Shown piece by piece: positions 26,510 to 32,000 of a stretch of 32,000 bases of DNA. The DNA lies in contig NZ_CP064923.1 of assembly GCF_018336915.1 (NCBI RefSeq), positions 3,360,001 to 3,392,000 on the forward strand. Reading direction: 5' to 3'. The DNA is from Acaryochloris marina S15. GTDB lineage: Bacteria; Cyanobacteriota; Cyanobacteriia; Thermosynechococcales; Thermosynechococcaceae. Within the stretch, counting starts at the first letter, position 1, and the number at the start of each line of letters is the position of its first letter. Under the pieces are notes generated by a model. It saw nothing but the letters and a program-made list of their open reading frames with translations, ran no database searches and was not told the DNA's origin. A program made the position numbers and the translations under genes.

Positions 26510-27367
26510 TTAAAGGGCCTTCAGAAATTCAAGTACAGTCTCGACAAGGGCAGGATCGCCCTGGCGATAACCCATAGGTGTGAGATGTTCACCTTCCAGC
26601 TCTCTCATTTTGGTAGGTTTATTGGGTAAATTAGCTTTCAGCCAGTCAACGGTATCTTTAGCAATTTTATCTTTTGTAAAAGAGATTAACCCCATAAGAC
26701 CGAATAATTGACTTTCTTTTATGAGGCAATAGGTCTCTTCTACGCTGGGTTGAACATCTAAGCCCAGACGTTTAACAAAATCAGCAACTGCTTTTACTGG
26801 TATCGCACTTTCAATGCCCGTAATAGCTGGAGCCATCAGTATAGAAGGCTGATTCAATAGAGAAATATCTTTGAAATCCACCCCATTTAATCGATCTTCA
26901 AGTTCCTGGTACTGATCCCGTCCAACACAGCCTCCTAAGATCTCTTTTTCTGACTTGGTTTCTAGATCCGTCAATAGCTCGAGTAAAGCTATATATTTAT
27001 TCCCTAAGCTATGTCCCAACCAAAAATAATTCTTAGCTGCTGACTTGGGATCCTCTTCATAAATTTTGTAATCATAGTCTCGACGTTTCGCCTCATCTAG
27101 AATGGCTTGACGGAGAGCTCTTTGCTCACGCACTAATCCGATTGCAACAGACCAATGGCGAAATGTGAATCGATAAGGCAATGCAATGATTGTATATCCT
27201 TGGTCATAGATCTTTTGTAACAGAAATCGGTAAAAGATGGTGGGGAATGACCCAAAAAAAGCACCACCAATAAATTGAACAACCCCCACAGGCTTGGGAT
27301 GGATTGCAACCCAACTAAATTGCAATGGTAAAAACTTAAATTTTGATTGCATAAAAACCCTCATCAA
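26510..27367 (-). CDS. DUF1350-family protein (alpha/beta-hydrolase-like, cyanobacteria/plant lineage)
   Basis: 285-aa ORF. PKPVGVVQFIGGAFFGSFPTIFYRFLLQKIYDQGYTIIALPYRF and WLGHSLGNKY match my recollection of the DUF1350 pattern (FxGGAFxGxxPxxxY...Gy.v.A.PY). The start could also be M2 or M6. Confidence 0.6.
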   Translation of the reverse strand: MMRVFMQSKFKFLPLQFSWVAIHPKPVGVVQFIGGAFFGSFPTIFYRFLLQKIYDQGYTIIALPYRFTFRHWSVAIGLVREQRALRQAILDEAKRRDYDYKIYEEDPKSAAKNYFWLGHSLGNKYIALLELLTDLETKSEKEILGGCVGRDQYQELEDRLNGVDFKDISLLNQPSILMAPAITGIESAIPVKAVADFVKRLGLDVQPSVEETYCLIKESQLFGLMGLISFTKDKIAKDTVDWLKANLPNKPTKMRELEGEHLTPMGYRQGDPALVETVLEFLKAL

Positions 27368-27967
27368 TAATAAAATTTAGAACAATCGAATAATGAGCAA
27401 TTTCATTAGTTAAAAATGCCACCATTCACCTAATCCAGAAAGAAGAAAAAACTGCCTATTATTGAGATTTAAATTCATCCTGTACCTATGAGATGAATGC
27501 CAATAGTAAAAATAAAGCTATTATCTCGACCTAGGTATGAATCAGAGAAACTAGAGGCCCCATAAGCTATATCAGCGATATCTTACTTTTTTATGCAAGT
27601 ATGTCTGTTAAAGACAAAGCTTGGGAATATTTTCTACTATCAAATCTTGCTGCATCCATAAATTCAATTACATATTGCTAAGAGAATAGTTATTGCAACG
27701 ATACATAGTTAACATTGGAGAAGTTGTCGTGTCTTGACACTAATCACTACAGCAATATCCAGTCCCTAGACCCATGACAAAAAGGAAGTCTTTTCAATAA
27801 CGTGCATACAGATGCTGGGCGTAGAAAGTCGGTCTTTTCAGAATCCTGACAATTGTTTATAGAATTTAGCTGAGCTTAAGCCTATTTCCAGAAAGAGTGA
27901 TCTATCATCTGACAGGAAAATCTTCCGAATTGATCGAAATCCTCACTATTGCAAGGATTAAGCCTTT

Positions 27968-29452
27968 ATGATTGCAACTGCACCATCGCCTGATTCTCAT
28001 CAAGATGATCTTCAGTCTCTGTTACCCAATCTCACAGGTCGGGAATCAGAACTAGCAGCTCTGGCGAACCACTCTGAACCGATTTATTTACCCACTACTG
28101 ATCTACGGCTAGAGAACATTCACTCCAGTTTTGCTTGTGCCCTTCATATGCACCAGCCCACCATTCCAGCCGGCTCTGAGGGAGCATTGATCAGCAACCT
28201 GCAGCATATGTTTGAGAATCCTGGCGATGGTGATAACCATAACGCTGAAGTTTTTGCCTGGTGTTACAGCCGAATGGGAGATTTTATCCCTGAATTGGTA
28301 AGCGCTGGCTGCTCTCCAAGAATTATGCTGGATTACTCCGGCAACCTTCTGTGGGGACTCCATCAGATGGGTCGGAACGATATTCTGGATAATCTGAAGA
28401 AGCTGACTTGTAATCCTCAATATCAACCCTATGTTGAGTGGTTGGGCACCATGTGGAGTCATGCTGTTGCACCTTCCACACCCATCCCCGATTTAAAATT
28501 ACAAATTCAGGCATGGCAGCAGTATTTTGCCAGCCTGTTTGGGGATGAAGCACTGAAACGGGTCAAAGGGTTTTCTCCCCCTGAAATGCATCTGCCTAAC
28601 CATCCCGATACCCTCTTTGAATACATCAAAGCTCTGAAAGAATGTGGTTATCGTTGGCTGATGGTACAAGAACATTCTGTTGAGCGCCTAGATGGATCAG
28701 ACTTATGGCATGACGATAAGTACATTCCTAATCAGCTCGTAGCCCGCAACTCACAAGGCGAGACCATCAGCATCACCGCTTTGATCAAAACTCAAGGTTC
28801 TGATACGAAGCTTGTTGCTCAAATGCAGCCTTACCACGAGGCCAAAGGTCGACAACGCCAAGAAATTGGAGGTATCTCAGTCCCCTCTTGTGTGACCCAA
28901 ATCGCCGATGGTGAAAATGGGGGCGTAATGATGAATGAATTCGCTCGTGACTACCAGCCCGTTTGGCATGAGCTGAAAAATCAAGGATCTGGTGTCACGG
29001 GTATCCATGGTACGGAGTATTTAGAGCTATTGGATGCTGCGGGCGTAAGTCCAGACGATTATCCCACTTGCCAAGCGGTGGGCCAATATAAGATCTGGAA
29101 CAAGATTGGGACTGACACGGTTAGCCCGAAAAAGGTTGAAACCGCGATTCAAGAGCTACAAGCTACCGATCATCAGTTCCATATGGATGGGGCCTCTTGG
29201 ACGGACGACTTGAGCTGGGTGAAGGGGTATGAGAATGTTCTCGAACCCATGAACCAGTTGAGCGCTATGTTTCATCAGAAATATGATCTATTAGTCCAAG
29301 CTGATTCAACCACTACTCAACAGGCTGATTACCAGGAAGCTTTACTCTATGTTCTCTTAGTAGAAACGAGCTGTTTCCGGTATTGGGGCCAGGGGACTTG
29401 GACTGACTATGCTCGTGAACTATTTCGACGGGGGGAAAGTCTACTGAAGTAG
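27968..29452 (+). CDS. Glycoside hydrolase family 57-like protein
   Basis: 494-aa ORF with GH57 region-I-like CALHMHQP, region-IV-like IADGENGGVMMNEF and region-V-like ETSCFRYWGQG. Substrate specificity is unknown. Confidence 0.65.
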   Translation: MIATAPSPDSHQDDLQSLLPNLTGRESELAALANHSEPIYLPTTDLRLENIHSSFACALHMHQPTIPAGSEGALISNLQHMFENPGDGDNHNAEVFAWCYSRMGDFIPELVSAGCSPRIMLDYSGNLLWGLHQMGRNDILDNLKKLTCNPQYQPYVEWLGTMWSHAVAPSTPIPDLKLQIQAWQQYFASLFGDEALKRVKGFSPPEMHLPNHPDTLFEYIKALKECGYRWLMVQEHSVERLDGSDLWHDDKYIPNQLVARNSQGETISITALIKTQGSDTKLVAQMQPYHEAKGRQRQEIGGISVPSCVTQIADGENGGVMMNEFARDYQPVWHELKNQGSGVTGIHGTEYLELLDAAGVSPDDYPTCQAVGQYKIWNKIGTDTVSPKKVETAIQELQATDHQFHMDGASWTDDLSWVKGYENVLEPMNQLSAMFHQKYDLLVQADSTTTQQADYQEALLYVLLVETSCFRYWGQGTWTDYARELFRRGESLLK

Positions 29453-29539
29453 TCATTTCTCTACTTTTTAAGGTTAAAGCCGGACTTGCTCTTTTAAGCA
29501 AAAGTTTGGTTTTAATCTTCATGGTTGGGAATAAGCGAC

Positions 29540-29920
29540 TTAATACATGTTGTCAATCAATGCGCTGGAAAGAGTATTTGCGCCTCGTCCATAACCGCTT
29601 ACCATCACAGTGATACGCTTATTGGCACGACGTCGTTTCGCAAATTGAGAACAATCGATAATGGCAGAATAGTCTGCATTATCAGCGAATATAAACGGGG
29701 TATTGTTGATATTCACATCTGGCTTCCGCACCTTAAGGCCTTCCCGTCTGAGGGAAACTGTGGCTCTGCGCATACAGTCCCATTGATTTAATCGGACCGT
29801 ACCGTAGCGATAAAAGAGGGCAGGCCCCGCAAATGCGCCAAAGGTACTGACGGCTTGAACGCCTACGGCTACAGATGCCATCACTAGTGCTTTTGTAGAA
29901 ATCTTATTGAACTTAGACAT
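29540..29920 (-). CDS. Hypothetical secreted basic protein (126 aa, two Cys)
   Basis: ATG at 29918-29920 has AGGAGA 8 nt upstream. Signal peptide: MSKFNKISTKALVMASVAVGVQAVSTFGAFA|GP. The mature part belongs to no family I recognise. The track ORF's 9 extra N-terminal codons are unlikely. Confidence 0.55.
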   Translation of the reverse strand: MSKFNKISTKALVMASVAVGVQAVSTFGAFAGPALFYRYGTVRLNQWDCMRRATVSLRREGLKVRKPDVNINNTPFIFADNADYSAIIDCSQFAKRRRANKRITVMVSGYGRGANTLSSALIDNMY

Positions 29921-30140
29921 GATGTATTTCTCCTTTCTGTGACTCAAGCAGAAAGCGTAAATCCTCTATATAGGTGCTGTTTGACCTGCTTTGGCATAAG
30001 TCCTTGGTTATCTACAATTTAGGCTCTATAGATGGGACTGAACGTGACAGTTATCACGGGTTTTCATTGTTCTATGTCATGCTGCTGCCGTACATCGAAA
30101 AAATTCGGCATTATAAAGAGGCAGTCACCTCTTCGCCCTA

Positions 30141-32000
30141 ATGACAGCTTTTGACCTCCATGCTCCATTTGTCCCTAAAGGTGATCAACCCCAAGCCATT
30201 GAGAAACTGACCGCTCTCCTTCAATCTGGCCATTCTAGGCAAACTTTGCTGGGCGCTACGGGTACGGGTAAGACCTTCACGATGGCTAAGGTGATTGAAG
30301 AGATTGGTAAACCCACGCTAATCCTGGCCCATAACAAAACGCTAGCTGCGCAGCTCTGTAACGAAATCCGTTCCTTTTTTCCCAACAATGCAGTTGAGTA
30401 TTTCATCAGCTATTACGACTATTACCAGCCTGAAGCCTATATTCCGGTCACAGATACCTTTATTGAAAAGACAGCTGCCATCAATGAAGAAATTGATATG
30501 CTGCGGCATTCCGCGACACGATCGCTATTTGAACGTCAGGATGTCATTGTGGTGGCATCAATCAGCTGTATTTACGGTTTGGGTATCCCTGCTGAGTATC
30601 TCAAGGCCTCAATCCCCCTCAAAGTTGGAGCTGAAGTTGATCAGCGGCAATTGCTGAGAAGTCTGGCAGCCGTGCAATATACCCGCAATGATGTGGACTT
30701 AGGGCGGGGGCGATTTCGAGTCAAAGGAGATGTTCTGGAGATTGGTCCAGCCTATGAAGACCGGATTATTCGGGTGGAGTTTTTTGGGGATGAGATCGAT
30801 GCCATTCGCTATGTCGATCCCGTTACTGGAGCAACATTACAGAGTTTGGAAGGACTGAATGTTTATCCTGCCCGCCACTTTGTAACGCCAACAGAACGAT
30901 TGGAAATGGCAGTTGAAGCCATTGATGAGGAGAGAAAAGCACAGGTCGAACATTTAGAAACGACCGGGAAACTTTTGGAAGCTCAGCGCCTCAACCAACG
31001 GGCTCGCTACGATCTAGAGATGCTGAGAGAAGTTGGGTATTGCAATGGAGTAGAAAACTATTCTCGTCATCTGGCTGGACGGGAAGCAGGGGCTCCACCT
31101 GAGTGTTTGGTGGATTATTTTCCTCAGGATTGGTTGTTAATCGTAGATGAGTCTCATGTATCGGTCCCCCAAATTCGGGCCATGTATAACGGCGATCAGG
31201 CTCGCAAGAAAGTTCTGATTGATCATGGTTTTCGTCTACCCAGTGCGGCAGACAATCGCCCCCTTAAGTCCGAAGAATTTTGGCAAAAAGTTAACCAGTG
31301 TGTGTTTGTGTCCGCTACTCCAGGGCAGTGGGAAATAGAGTTATCAGAAAATCGGGTAGTGGAGCAAGTTATTCGACCGACGGGGGTAATCGATCCAGAA
31401 ATTTTTGTCCGTCCGACAACTGGCCAAGTGGATGATTTACTAGCTGAGATTCATGAGCGAGTCAGTCGCCAAGAACGGACTTTGATCACCACCTTAACCA
31501 AACGGATGGCAGAGGACCTGACGGAATACTTTGAAGAGCGAGGCGTGCGAGTCCGATATCTGCATTCGGAGATTAATGCCATTCAACGTATCGAAATTCT
31601 TCGGGATTTACGCCAGGGAGTATTTGATGTCTTAGTTGGGGTCAATTTATTGCGAGAGGGGTTGGATTTACCTGAAGTTTCTCTTGTAGCCATCTTAGAT
31701 GCTGATAAAGAAGGGTTCCTGAGAGCTGAGCGTTCTCTGATTCAAACCATTGGTCGAGCCGCTCGCCATGTCCGAGGTCAAGCCATTCTCTATGCTGACA
31801 ATCTGACGAATAGCATGGAAAGGGCTATTTCCGAAACTGAGCGGCGTCGGACCATTCAGCTTGCCTATAATGAAAAGCATGGCATCACTCCACAACCGGT
31901 CAAAAAAGGATCTGATAATGCGATTTTGGCCTTTTTGGAGGTCTCCCGCCGCCTCAATACCCAAGAACTTGAGGATGCCTATGAACAGGCAGATGATCTA
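30141..32000 (+). CDS. uvrB: Excinuclease ABC subunit B (3' partial, continues beyond the window)
   Basis: The frame is open from ATG 30141 to the window end (620 codons), so it is absent from the ORF track. Translation: [23 protein letters not shown]...[14 protein letters not shown] (Walker A)...[17 protein letters not shown]...DESHV...[25 protein letters not shown], all canonical UvrB motifs. Confidence 0.96.
   Translation, partial: MTAFDLHAPFVPKGDQPQAIEKLTALLQSGHSRQTLLGATGTGKTFTMAKVIEEIGKPTLILAHNKTLAAQLCNEIRSFFPNNAVEYFISYYDYYQPEAYIPVTDTFIEKTAAINEEIDMLRHSATRSLFERQDVIVVASISCIYGLGIPAEYLKASIPLKVGAEVDQRQLLRSLAAVQYTRNDVDLGRGRFRVKGDVLEIGPAYEDRIIRVEFFGDEIDAIRYVDPVTGATLQSLEGLNVYPARHFVTPTERLEMAVEAIDEERKAQVEHLETTGKLLEAQRLNQRARYDLEMLREVGYCNGVENYSRHLAGREAGAPPECLVDYFPQDWLLIVDESHVSVPQIRAMYNGDQARKKVLIDHGFRLPSAADNRPLKSEEFWQKVNQCVFVSATPGQWEIELSENRVVEQVIRPTGVIDPEIFVRPTTGQVDDLLAEIHERVSRQERTLITTLTKRMAEDLTEYFEERGVRVRYLHSEINAIQRIEILRDLRQGVFDVLVGVNLLREGLDLPEVSLVAILDADKEGFLRAERSLIQTIGRAARHVRGQAILYADNLTNSMERAISETERRRTIQLAYNEKHGITPQPVKKGSDNAILAFLEVSRRLNTQELEDAYEQADDL

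Noticed and set aside
30221-31964. Track ORFs 30221..30406 (-), 30388..30657 (+) and 31695..31964 (-)
   Set aside because: They lie inside the uvrB reading frame (30141 to window end). That frame carries unmistakable UvrB motifs and was missed by the track only because it has no stop in the window.

Overview
The window looks like a cyanobacterial chromosome segment. It carries psb28, a Ctp-type PSII-processing protease and five perfect HIP1 octamers (GCGATCGC). Housekeeping genes are ilvC, a cNMP-binding protein, a Ctp protease, psb28, dapB, a large fused radical-SAM protein, rnz, and uvrB (3' partial, absent from the ORF track because it runs off the window). Three blocks look accessory. (1) 8.7-15.0 kb holds a co-directional cluster of four GT4-type glycosyltransferases plus a Wzy/O-antigen-ligase-like membrane protein. 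(2) 18.05-19.55 kb holds a ~1.49 kb IS with 26-bp imperfect inverted repeats and a perfect 9-bp target duplication, but its transposase frame is broken by an in-frame TGA. (3) 19.7-26.4 kb is a putative envelope locus. It encodes a Pro/Asp-rich lipoprotein, a secreted polyanionic protein with 96-bp tandem repeats, an OmpR-type regulator and histidine kinase, a small acidic ORF, and a Spy/CpxP/ZraP-like LTxxQ protein with an Arg/His-rich tail. It ends with an unannotated mini-gene in which a signal-peptide ORF stops at an A4-TAG junction and the -1 frame continues as an Arg/Lys/His/Trp-rich peptide with no ATG. That mini-gene and its context are the most unusual feature I can support. I recognised no CRISPR array, restriction-modification, toxin-antitoxin or other known defence system. 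Every family assignment comes from reading motifs by eye and none was confirmed by a database search.
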